Positions 36,139 to 45,047 of a stretch of DNA of 64,000 bases are shown here, one piece after another. Each line of letters opens with the position of its first letter. Position 1 is the stretch's first letter. Location of the stretch: contig CAZUXB010000002.1 of the NCBI GenBank assembly GCA_964624555.1, positions 34,586-98,585 of the forward strand. Direction: 5' to 3'. Under the pieces are notes generated by a model. It saw only the letters and a list, made by a program, of their open reading frames with translations. It had not been told where the DNA came from and ran no database searches. The DNA is from an uncultured Rickettsiales bacterium. GTDB lineage: Bacteria; Pseudomonadota; Alphaproteobacteria; Rickettsiales; SXRF01. Made by a program: the position numbers and the translations under genes.

Positions 36139-36579
36139 ATGTCAAAAATAACAGAGCATGATATTGTTCACGCAGCGCGGGGCTGGCTAGGCACGCGCTT
36201 TCACCATCAGGGGCGTCTGAAAAAGTCGGCTACCGCAAGGGGCGGGGTTGACTGCCTCGGCCTGCTTATCGGCGTGGCCGGGGAACTGAACCTGCCTTTC
36301 ACCCAATATGATGAAACCAGCTATTCGCATTATCCAGACACCGAACGGCTCCGGCACCATTTGACCACATTATTACAGGAAATTTCTGTAGAAAGTATAG
36401 AACCGGGTGATATTTTGCTGTTCTCTATTGACGGCAATCCCCAGCATCTGGCGATAGTCGGCGAAATATCCGGCGAGCTTTCTATTATCCACTCCTACGC
36501 GCCTGCACGCGCGGTTGTTGAGCATGTGCTCGATGAGTGGTGGCGGGAGAGGGTAGTGGCGGCTTTCAGGGTGTATTAA
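36139..36579 (+). CDS. NlpC/P60-family phage cell-wall peptidase (RcGTA g14 equivalent)
   Basis: 'GVDCLGLLIGV' (catalytic Cys context), 'HLAIV' and 'IIHSYA' (His). Sits between g13 and g15. Confidence 0.8.
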   Translation: MSKITEHDIVHAARGWLGTRFHHQGRLKKSATARGGVDCLGLLIGVAGELNLPFTQYDETSYSHYPDTERLRHHLTTLLQEISVESIEPGDILLFSIDGNPQHLAIVGEISGELSIIHSYAPARAVVEHVLDEWWRERVVAAFRVY

Positions 36580-36590
36580 TGGGAAAGTGG

Positions 36591-36645
36591 CTAGAGTCGA
36601 GTGATTAGAGTCGGGAAAATGCTCGACTCTCGACTCTGATTACTC
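36591..36645. terminator. imperfect hairpin built from 7-nt units (CTCGACT / AGAGTCG)
   Basis: GAGTGATTAGAGTCG (36599..36613) pairs 13/15 with CGACTCTGATTACTC (36631..36645). CTCGACT is tandemly duplicated in the right arm. Confidence 0.45.
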
Positions 36646-36683
36646 AATCAAACAAACAAAATTCACAAATTTAGGAAATAATT

Positions 36684-39600
36684 ATGGCATCAATTATATT
36701 GAGCGCTGTTGGCAATGCTGCTGGCGCAGCTACCGGCCTGCCATTTGGCGCGCGGATAGGTTCTATTGTCGGGCGCATTGCCGGCGGCATCATCGATAAT
36801 AATTTACGCAAGGGCAAGCTCCCGGCGATTCACGGCTCACGCCTTGCCGACCTTGCGGTGCAAAGCTCTGCTTATGGCAGGATGATACCGATTGTTTATG
36901 GGATGGTGCGTATTGGTGGCAATATCATCTGGTCGCAGCCGATAAAAGAGGTGGTCACCACCACTACCAGCTCGGCGGGTGGCGGTAAAGGCGGTGGTGG
37001 CAGCGTGAGCCAGACCACAACTTCCTATAGCTATTTTATTACACTGGCCGTTGCCGTTTGCGAGGGCGAGGTAAGCGATATTGTCCGCATCTGGGCCGAT
37101 GCCAAGCAGCTTGACCTGTCGCAGTACACCATCCGTATCTATAAAGGCAGCGAAACACAAACTCCTGATTCGATTATACAATCTATTGAAGGTGCGGCTA
37201 ACACTCCGGCTTACCGCGGCCTTGCCTATGTGGTATTTGAGAATTTCCCGCTTGCCGATTATGGCAACCGTATTCCTAATTTCACTTTCGAGGTGAAGAA
37301 AAAAACGCTCTACGCTGATTATAATGATGAGGTGGTGGAAGATATGCTTACCGGAATGGTGATGATCCCGGCGGCTGGAGAGTTCGTATATGATACGCAG
37401 GTGGAATATAAAGTTTCCGGCGTGCAGGTCGGTAGCAACTGGGTACAGCAGGGAAACCAGACAAGTGTCAATATGCACAATGCCAGCGGGCAGGCCAACG
37501 CGCTGCTCTCGCTCGATCAGTTAAAAGATACCTGCGCCAATGTGAACTGGGTTTCGGTTACGGTAGCGTGGTTCGGCGATAATATGAATGTCGCTAGTTG
37601 CAATATCGTTCCGGGGGTGGAATATAAAAGCGGTGCTACAACCCAGCCGGGAGTATGGTCGGTAGCCGGGTATAACCGCTCTACCGCTCGGTTGATAACG
37701 CAGGTCGATGGCGCGCCGCAGTTCGGCGGCACGCCGGATGATGCCAGCCTGTTGCGCTATCTTGATGAACTGAAACACCGCGGTTATAATATAATGTTCT
37801 ACCCAGTGATATTCATGGATGTGGCGGGCAAGCCATGGCGCGGGGACATGACCGGCAGCGCCAGCGCGGTTTCCACCTTTTTTACCAAAACAAATGGCTA
37901 TAACGCTTTTATCAATCATTATGCGAGCCTGGTGGCGGGCAAGGTCGATGCCTTTTCCATAGGCTCCGAGCTTAAAGGCCTTACCAAACTTACCGATACC
38001 ACCGGAAATTACCCGGCGGTGAATGCGCTGGTGACTCTGGCCGCGAGTGTAAAAGCGGCACTGGGCAGCAGTGTGAAAGTAACTTACGCTGCGGACTGGT
38101 CGGAATACCACCACACCGATGGCGGCTGGTACAACATGGATCCGCTATGGTCCTCAACCAATATAGATGTTATCGGCATTGACGCTTATTTCCCGCTCAC
38201 CGACAGCCAGCACACTATATATGATATCGATACACTGAAAGCGGGCTGGACATCGGGCGAGGGCTATGACTGGTATTACAGCGACGCCCCTCGCACCACC
38301 AAAGTGAACCTGACGCCGCAATTTGCATGGAAAAACCTCGCCTGGTTCTGGGGCAATACCCATATAAACCCCAACAGCGTGGCAACGGCATGGACGCCTA
38401 ATTCCAAAAAAATATGGTTCACCGAATACGGTTTCCCCAGTGTCGATTGCGCCACCAACGAACCGAATGTATTTTTTGATCCGAGCAGTAGCAGCAGTGC
38501 CTTGCCGTATTTTTCCAAGGGCCGGGTCGATATGCGCGTGCAGCGTGCCGGCATCGCCGCGACACAGGCGCAATGGGCGGGATCGAGCATGGTCGAGCGC
38601 ATGTTCACCTGGGCGTGGGACGCGCGGCCTTTTCCTTATTGGCCAGACCTTGCCAATGTCTGGACTGACGGTAGCGTGTGGAAGACCGGGCACTGGTTGC
38701 AGGGCAAGCTCGGCATCTCTAATGTCGCGGCGATCGTGCTCGACCTTGCCGAACGTTCTGGTTTGGATGAAAGTGATATCGATGTAAGCGAGATCAGCGA
38801 AATGCTTGATGGTTATGTCATCAGCAGCCAGCAGACCATCCGCGAGGCGATTGATGTACTGCGTAAGGCCTATTTTTTTGACACGGTGGAGAGCGATAAT
38901 ATATTACGCTGCATTTCGCGCGGCGGTGATGTTGCTGTTGCCGCGGATGAGGTCGATATCATACCGCAGCAGGATAATAACCAATTGTGCAAAATAACCC
39001 GTACGCAGGAGATAGAACTGCCCAAGCATATCAACGTAGTCTATCTCAACCGCCTCGCCAATTACCAGACCGCAACCCAATATTCCCAGCGTGAGATAAC
39101 CAGCAGCCGTGAGGTGGAGACGATGGATTTTCCACTCGTTCTTTCCGACCAGATCGCCAAAAATATCGCCGATGTGACGCTGTTTTCCGAATGGACCGGG
39201 CGCACCGCTTATGCATTCGACCTGCCTATAAAATACGCGCAGCTCGACCCGGCTGATATCATTACGCTCACCATCAGCGGCGTTTCGCACCGTATGCGCA
39301 TTGTTTCTACCTATATCGGTGCGCCGGGTATAGTACGTGTGAAGGCGGTGGCCGAAGATATTTCGACTTATGATTTCTATAATGCCGCGGGCAGTAGCAA
39401 TAATATATTGCTTAGTGAGAATTCAACCATTCCACTCACCGATTTGGAACTGCTCGACCTGCCGCTATTCCCCAGTGATGCCAGTGACAAGGCGGTGCTG
39501 CGCATGGCGGCTACCGGCCTTGCCAGCGGCTGGGGCGGGGCGGTGGTGTATCGTTCTGATGATAACGGTGCCAACTATTCGCGTTTTGATTCCATTCAAA

Positions 39601-40355
39601 GTCCGGCGGTGATGGGTACTGCTGCAACTGTTCTGGCAGCGGGAGCAAGCACCACCTTTGATGAAAAAAATACGGTAACCGTTATATTACTCGGTGACGC
39701 GCAGTTACAGAACATGACCGAACTCGCCGTGCTCAACGGCGCCAATGCTGCGCTACTCGGCGATGAAATCATCCAGTTCAAAAATGCGACGCTGATCAGT
39801 GATGGACAATATACATTGAGTGGCTTGCTGCGTGGCAGGTTAGGCACGGAGTGGGCCATATCAACTCACGCTGCCGGTGAGCGGTTTGTGCTGCTCGATG
39901 GCGCGCTTGATAAGCAGGTGATAGCCAATAATTTAATTGGCCTGCAACGGCAATATAAAGCGGTGACGGTTGGTAATAGCCTGACCTCCGCCGATGCGCA
40001 GGATTTTACCTATAATGCGGTGGCGCTCAAACCCTACAGCCCGGTGCAGATAACCGGTGCGCGTGATGGCAGCGGTAATTTAACGGTGAATTGGGTGCGC
40101 CGCACACGCATCGGCGGCGACTGGCGCGATAGTGTCGACATACCGCTCAATGAAGCCAGCGAACTATATGATATCGAAATAATGAATGGCAGCAGCGTAG
40201 TGCGCAGTTTCCTTGGCGTCACCAGCCCAACTACCACTTACAGCGCTGCCCAGCAAACCACTGATTTTGGAAGTGCGCAAAGCAGCGTTAGTGTAAAAAT
40301 CTACCAGCTATCCGCAGCCGTGGGCAGGGGGTATAGCGGAGTTGCCACTATCTAA
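36684..40355 (+). CDS. large GTA/phage host-specificity (tail/baseplate) protein with a TIM-barrel-like glycoside-hydrolase region (RcGTA g15 equivalent)
   Basis: 1223 aa. Gly-rich N-terminus 'GNAAGAATGLPFGARIGSIVGRIAGG', 'RIWADAKQLD', 'AYRGLAYVVFENFPLADYGNRIPNFTFEV', and the central 'GIDAYFPLTD...WFTEYGFPSVD'. Final position in the cluster. Confidence 0.85.
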   Translation: MASIILSAVGNAAGAATGLPFGARIGSIVGRIAGGIIDNNLRKGKLPAIHGSRLADLAVQSSAYGRMIPIVYGMVRIGGNIIWSQPIKEVVTTTTSSAGGGKGGGGSVSQTTTSYSYFITLAVAVCEGEVSDIVRIWADAKQLDLSQYTIRIYKGSETQTPDSIIQSIEGAANTPAYRGLAYVVFENFPLADYGNRIPNFTFEVKKKTLYADYNDEVVEDMLTGMVMIPAAGEFVYDTQVEYKVSGVQVGSNWVQQGNQTSVNMHNASGQANALLSLDQLKDTCANVNWVSVTVAWFGDNMNVASCNIVPGVEYKSGATTQPGVWSVAGYNRSTARLITQVDGAPQFGGTPDDASLLRYLDELKHRGYNIMFYPVIFMDVAGKPWRGDMTGSASAVSTFFTKTNGYNAFINHYASLVAGKVDAFSIGSELKGLTKLTDTTGNYPAVNALVTLAASVKAALGSSVKVTYAADWSEYHHTDGGWYNMDPLWSSTNIDVIGIDAYFPLTDSQHTIYDIDTLKAGWTSGEGYDWYYSDAPRTTKVNLTPQFAWKNLAWFWGNTHINPNSVATAWTPNSKKIWFTEYGFPSVDCATNEPNVFFDPSSSSSALPYFSKGRVDMRVQRAGIAATQAQWAGSSMVERMFTWAWDARPFPYWPDLANVWTDGSVWKTGHWLQGKLGISNVAAIVLDLAERSGLDESDIDVSEISEMLDGYVISSQQTIREAIDVLRKAYFFDTVESDNILRCISRGGDVAVAADEVDIIPQQDNNQLCKITRTQEIELPKHINVVYLNRLANYQTATQYSQREITSSREVETMDFPLVLSDQIAKNIADVTLFSEWTGRTAYAFDLPIKYAQLDPADIITLTISGVSHRMRIVSTYIGAPGIVRVKAVAEDISTYDFYNAAGSSNNILLSENSTIPLTDLELLDLPLFPSDASDKAVLRMAATGLASGWGGAVVYRSDDNGANYSRFDSIQSPAVMGTAATVLAAGASTTFDEKNTVTVILLGDAQLQNMTELAVLNGANAALLGDEIIQFKNATLISDGQYTLSGLLRGRLGTEWAISTHAAGERFVLLDGALDKQVIANNLIGLQRQYKAVTVGNSLTSADAQDFTYNAVALKPYSPVQITGARDGSGNLTVNWVRRTRIGGDWRDSVDIPLNEASELYDIEIMNGSSVVRSFLGVTSPTTTYSAAQQTTDFGSAQSSVSVKIYQLSAAVGRGYSGVATI

Positions 40356-40722
40356 TACGGGTTTTATTGCTTTTATCAGGATCTGTTCTGCCAATAGTAT
40401 TATCACGGCGGCGGATGAATTCTTCCCAGTCTGCTTGCCTCTGCCTTATAAGCTCATTAACATCAACTGTGCCACCGCCGCGTGTTGGGTCAGTCATAAC
40501 TAATTCACGGTAGCGAGCTTGAGCAGCAATACACCCTCTCACATCATCAAACGTGGCATCAGGTGCCACCTGAACTGTTATATGGTCAAATGTCATTGGC
40601 ACCGGCTGCCATAGATCGACCGCGCTCTCTTTGGTTACGCGAAAAGCATCATCAAGGCGGTCACCACGAATAGAACTGTAAGATACACCTTTTTTAGGGT
40701 CGTATATCACCGGGCCAGCCAT
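40348..40722 (-). CDS. hypothetical protein
   Basis: 124-aa ORF convergent with g15 (8-nt overlap). No motif recognised. Confidence 0.45.
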   Translation of the reverse strand: MAGPVIYDPKKGVSYSSIRGDRLDDAFRVTKESAVDLWQPVPMTFDHITVQVAPDATFDDVRGCIAAQARYRELVMTDPTRGGGTVDVNELIRQRQADWEEFIRRRDNTIGRTDPDKSNKTRIR

Positions 40723-41153
40723 TTATTCCTCAATATCGTAGCTTTATTATTATTTATCTTCCTACGCCACCACCACGCTCTGGGCCATCTGTTTTATTTC
40801 CTTGAATGATATTCTCCCAATCATCACCATTTACGCCGAGCTTCTGCGCTCTGGCCTGTCTGTCTTCTGCCAGTTTTTCGAACAAACTTTTTACATCCGG
40901 CCTATTTCTACTAGCATCAGCATTACCGGCGGAATGTGCTCTACTACTTTTAACTGAGTTATATGTTTCTTGGCCATGACTATCTACCTTTACTTCAACT
41001 TAGTTACTGGCTAAGTTTCTTAGGATATTATACATATATTTACTGCAAACCAGTATGAAGATTTGGTTACAATTATTATTGAATTGATTTATAATAATAA
41101 ATTTCCTATAATAAACTCACAATGTCATTAATAAAAGCAAATTATCTAACTAA

Positions 41154-42728
41154 ATGAAAAATTGCAGTAATACTGTCTTTGTTGCTTTCCTGACGGTTGT
41201 TTATATATTATTTTTTGTTGCTTTTGTCTGGGTAAGGCAATGGCAGGTTGCCGGTGATGACCGGATGATTTTTTTACCCTATCTCCTCCTCAATATCGTA
41301 GCCTCTTTTGTGCAGATCTTCTGCTTTTTTTATGCGCTAACTGTGTCGCGCTTTCTATTCATACTGTCATTGCCGCTGGTTTTTTGCGCCAGCGTTTTTC
41401 ATGACTATATGGTTGGGATGTTCAATGTCCCGGTTAATGAAAAGACTATATCCGTAGTTTTTGAGGCTACCTCCAACGAAGTAACACAATTTTTAACGCT
41501 TAACCTGTTATTGCTTATATTGTGCGGGGTTATTTCCGCATTTCTTATTGGTCTATATTTCTGTAAAAAAGTAATAGTGCAGGAAAAAGACAAAAGGGTG
41601 GCAAAAACCTTTGCTGCGATAACGGCTTGTTTGATTTTGGCTTATAACGGGGCGATAAGTGTCAGCTATCCTCCCTATAATATTATTACCTCCTCGGTCA
41701 ATTACACATGGGACAGGCTTTTTCAGCATGTAACGATGAAAAAACCGGAAGGTTATTCTTATCCTGATAAAGATAGCGAGCCGCTAAAGATAGTTTTGAT
41801 CATAGGTGAGTCGGCGCGTGCTGACCATTTCTCACTGAATGGTTATAATCGGGAAACCAACATTTACACATCCAAACGCAAGAACGTAATAAGTTTTAAA
41901 AATGCTATTTCCTGCGGGGCGCTGACACGGATAGCGGTGCCCTGTATCCTGACCAGCAGCAATGATGGTGAGACATCATTGCTGGGGGTATTCAACTCAT
42001 TGGGGTTTTATACTAAGTGGTTGGGCGCGCAGGGCGCATTTTCTACTAATGATCCGATCAGCAATATAATAAACGAAGCGCATAGTTCGGTATTGCTTGA
42101 GAAACAGAAAATGCTTGATAATTCTGTGTTCGATGAGGAATTGTTGCCCTATCTCGATAAAGAGCTGGCCGACAAAACAAACAGGGACATGTTCACGGTA
42201 TTGCATCTGTATGGAAGCCATTGGCAGTACCAGGCGCGTTATCCAAAACAGTTTGGGTATTTTACACCGGTCTGCGAAAAAACTTATATGCGCGAATTTG
42301 TCGCCTCGGACCAGATAAAGGCGATTAAAGAATGCGCAGATATAAAATCGATAGTGAATGCCTATGATAATTCCATAATTTACACTGACTATATTGTTGA
42401 CCAGGTAATGGACAAGCTGGCTGATAAAAATGCCGTGGTCATTTATATGTCAGACCATGGCGAGTCGCTGGGTGAGGGTGGGCGCTACCTGCACGGCAAT
42501 TTCGACGCGCCTGAACAACGGCATATACCTCTGCTCTGGTGGGAATCGGATAAATTCATTGCTAAACATCATAAAGAATGGGAATATCTTTCCAGTAGAA
42601 CTGGTGTTGAATTTAAGCAGAATATGTTTTTTTCTAATTTTTTAAATTGTCTGGGTATAAAATCGGACAGTATAAATAAAGAGGAAAACATATGTGCAGG
42701 TGATCCTATTAAACATTTGCAGTTGTAG
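41154..42728 (+). CDS. phosphoethanolamine transferase (EptA/LptA-like, sulfatase superfamily)
   Basis: Five N-terminal TM helices, then a sulfatase domain with 'IVLIIGESARADHFSLNGY', 'YDNSIIYTDY' and 'MSDHGESLGEGG'. Confidence 0.85.
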   Translation: MKNCSNTVFVAFLTVVYILFFVAFVWVRQWQVAGDDRMIFLPYLLLNIVASFVQIFCFFYALTVSRFLFILSLPLVFCASVFHDYMVGMFNVPVNEKTISVVFEATSNEVTQFLTLNLLLLILCGVISAFLIGLYFCKKVIVQEKDKRVAKTFAAITACLILAYNGAISVSYPPYNIITSSVNYTWDRLFQHVTMKKPEGYSYPDKDSEPLKIVLIIGESARADHFSLNGYNRETNIYTSKRKNVISFKNAISCGALTRIAVPCILTSSNDGETSLLGVFNSLGFYTKWLGAQGAFSTNDPISNIINEAHSSVLLEKQKMLDNSVFDEELLPYLDKELADKTNRDMFTVLHLYGSHWQYQARYPKQFGYFTPVCEKTYMREFVASDQIKAIKECADIKSIVNAYDNSIIYTDYIVDQVMDKLADKNAVVIYMSDHGESLGEGGRYLHGNFDAPEQRHIPLLWWESDKFIAKHHKEWEYLSSRTGVEFKQNMFFSNFLNCLGIKSDSINKEENICAGDPIKHLQL

Positions 42729-42766
42729 CACGTATGTGCTACAATAGTCCTCGTATGGAGGTTTAT

Positions 42767-43042
42767 ATGCTGCAGAATAATGAAAGTATAAAGAGCGACT
42801 ATGTGCGGGCGCGCATGTCGCCGGAGGTGAAAGAAGCTGCTGAAGCTATCTTTGATAAGCTGGGGCTGGGCCATACCGAGGCCATCCGCCTTTTTTACCA
42901 GCAGGTCATTCTTAACCAGGGGCTGCCGTTTGGCGTGAAGATACCCAATGCCGAAACTGTGCGTGCTATGAAGCAGGTAAAAAGCAGGAAGGGGCTGGTT
43001 AAATGTAAAAATGCAAAAGAATTGTTTGACAAATTTCGATAA
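42767..43042 (+). CDS. dinJ: RelB/DinJ-family antitoxin with no adjacent toxin gene
   Basis: 'VRARMSPEVKEAAEAIFDKLGLGHTEAIRLFYQQVILNQGLPFGVKIPN'. Start taken at ATG 42767 inside track ORF 42734..43042. Confidence 0.75.
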   Translation: MLQNNESIKSDYVRARMSPEVKEAAEAIFDKLGLGHTEAIRLFYQQVILNQGLPFGVKIPNAETVRAMKQVKSRKGLVKCKNAKELFDKFR

Positions 43043-43102
43043 TCGGTTGCTATGGATGCCAGCCTACGCTGGCATGACAATTAAACATTAAAAGGGCAAT
43101 AA

Positions 43103-44128
43103 ATGAGAGAAAAGCACGCGAAGACCAGCCAAGATAAAAATGTAGATTCTATTAGCATAGCATTTCAGGATACCTCCCTCCTTCCCATGTTATTTGGTGA
43201 TGAAGACGTCCATATTACCAAGCTAGAGAAAAAATTTAATGTCCAGGCGGTGACGCGGGGAAATATGCTGGTTATTTCCGGTGAGAAGGCGAGCGTTGAG
43301 TCTTGCCGGGCGGTGGTAGAATCACTTTATTCCGACCTGAAGAAAGGTGGCCAGGTGGGTACTAAGGAAGTTGAAGCGGCGATCCGCATGACTGCGGCCA
43401 ATTCTGACTCGCGTGAGGAGAACAGGAATTTGTTCGGCATGACAGACCTCATCGTCAAAACGATGAAGAAAAGCGTGAAGCCATATTCTCCGGCGCAGGC
43501 GAAATATATCGAGACTCTGATGAAGAACGATGTTGTATTCACCCTTGGCCCGGCTGGTACGGGTAAGACTTATATAGCTGTGGCTATGGCGGTTGCCATG
43601 TTCACCTCTAACCGGGTTGAGCGTATCGTACTTTCCCGCCCGGCGGTGGAGGCTGGTGAAAAACTTGGTTTCCTGCCCGGCGACCTGAAGGAAAAAATTG
43701 ATCCCTACCTGCGTCCGCTTTATGACGCGTTGCATGACATGATACCTACCGAAAAACTCGCGCGGCATATGGAAGCCGGGGATATTGAAGTTGCACCGCT
43801 GGCCTTTATGCGCGGCCGCACTTTGTCTAACTCGTTCGTGATACTTGACGAAGCGCAGAACACCACTCCCACCCAGATGAAAATGTTCTTAACCCGTCTT
43901 GGCGAAAATTCGCGGATGGTTATTACTGGCGATTTAACACAGACCGATCTGCCGAAAGATGTGAAATCTGGATTGGGCGATGTCATCCGCAAGGTCGAAG
44001 GCATTGAAGGCATTGGTTGTGTGCGCTTCACCGATTCTGATGTGGTGCGCCACCCGCTCGCGGCCAAAATTGTAAAAGCCTATGACGAGTGGGACAAGAA
44101 AAAGAAGAACAACCAGCCGCTTGAGTAG
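43103..44128 (+). CDS. phoH: PhoH-family ATPase (YbeZ)
   Basis: Walker A 'GPAGTGKTY', 'LPGDLKEKIDPYLRPLYDAL', 'FVILDEAQNTT'. Confidence 0.9.
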   Translation: MREKHAKTSQDKNVDSISIAFQDTSLLPMLFGDEDVHITKLEKKFNVQAVTRGNMLVISGEKASVESCRAVVESLYSDLKKGGQVGTKEVEAAIRMTAANSDSREENRNLFGMTDLIVKTMKKSVKPYSPAQAKYIETLMKNDVVFTLGPAGTGKTYIAVAMAVAMFTSNRVERIVLSRPAVEAGEKLGFLPGDLKEKIDPYLRPLYDALHDMIPTEKLARHMEAGDIEVAPLAFMRGRTLSNSFVILDEAQNTTPTQMKMFLTRLGENSRMVITGDLTQTDLPKDVKSGLGDVIRKVEGIEGIGCVRFTDSDVVRHPLAAKIVKAYDEWDKKKKNNQPLE

Positions 44129-44350
44129 ACTTTGGGCAATAGGCATGAAGCATTAGGGGAAAATGATAGATATATCATCATCAGAAGACATACAGTGAAG
44201 AAGAGCTTAAAGCGTTGAAGCAACTTGAGGAGTTTTTTGCCCCTAGAATCTTCGATATAGAGCGCGGTGAATTTTCTAGTGTTACTGCGGAGGAGATAAT
44301 TGCTGAAGCTAAGGCTGAACGTGGTATTTTGTAATGTTTTATGTTAATTT

Positions 44351-44459
44351 GTCATGCCAGCGAAAGCTGGTATCCAGCTTTACTCGCGGTAGCGAGGAAA
44401 AGGAGTACTATTAAGCCACAGACGTGGCTTTACTGGATTCCTGCTTTCGCAGGAATGAC
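44351..44459. repeat. 109-bp nested palindromic (MITE-like) element, same family as 7551..7641
   Basis: Termini GTCATGCCAGCGAAAGCTGGTATCCAG ... CTGGATTCCTGCTTTCGCAGGAATGAC. Each arm is itself a hairpin. Inner hairpins CTCGCggtaGCGAG and AGCCACagacGTGGCT. Confidence 0.7.
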
Positions 44460-44513
44460 AATTTTTGGGAGCTATGCAACGCCTTTGTTCATTGCAATGA
44501 TAAGTAACCAGTT

Positions 44514-44993
44514 ATGAAAACAACGCTTGATATTTCCTTCCATGTCCATAACCAATTATGGAAAATGCGTCTGCGCCCTTACACTAAAACGGTGCGGGCG
44601 GCACTCGAAGCGGCGCTTGCCGAAACAAAACTGAAAGGCAATTTTGAGATAGCAGTAGTTCTTGCTGATGATGCCTTTATCAAAAACCTGAACAGCGATT
44701 ATCGCGGTAAGAACAAAGCAACTAATGTTTTGTCTTTTCCTTCTTCTTCCCTGACCACTGACCACCGACCACTGACCCCTGAACTGGGCGATGTTATCTT
44801 AGCCATCGAAACCATTGAGAAAGAAGCGAAGGAGCAGGGCAAAAGCTTCCGCAACCATACTACCCACCTTCTGGTGCATGGCTTCCTGCATTTACTCGGA
44901 TACGACCATATGGTCGAAAAAGAGGCGGTAATTATGGAAAAACTGGAAATAAAAATTCTTAAAAAACTTGGTGTTAGCAATCCCTACTTGTAA
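44514..44993 (+). CDS. ybeY: rRNA maturation endoribonuclease YbeY
   Basis: Zn-binding motif 'HLLVHGFLHLLGYDH' and 'TNVLSFP'. Confidence 0.9.
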   Translation: MKTTLDISFHVHNQLWKMRLRPYTKTVRAALEAALAETKLKGNFEIAVVLADDAFIKNLNSDYRGKNKATNVLSFPSSSLTTDHRPLTPELGDVILAIETIEKEAKEQGKSFRNHTTHLLVHGFLHLLGYDHMVEKEAVIMEKLEIKILKKLGVSNPYL

Positions 44994-45047
44994 TTAGGTG
45001 AAAATTAAAGTAGAAATGAATGCATTGCGTGTTGTTTATACGGCTAT

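Noticed and set aside
36837-40237. Numerous minus- and plus-frame ORFs (up to 213 aa) within the g15 host-specificity gene.
   Set aside because: The sense frame is uninterrupted for 1223 aa and carries recognisable GTA g15 motifs. The alternative frames are Arg/Gly/His-rich artefacts of local GC-rich codons.
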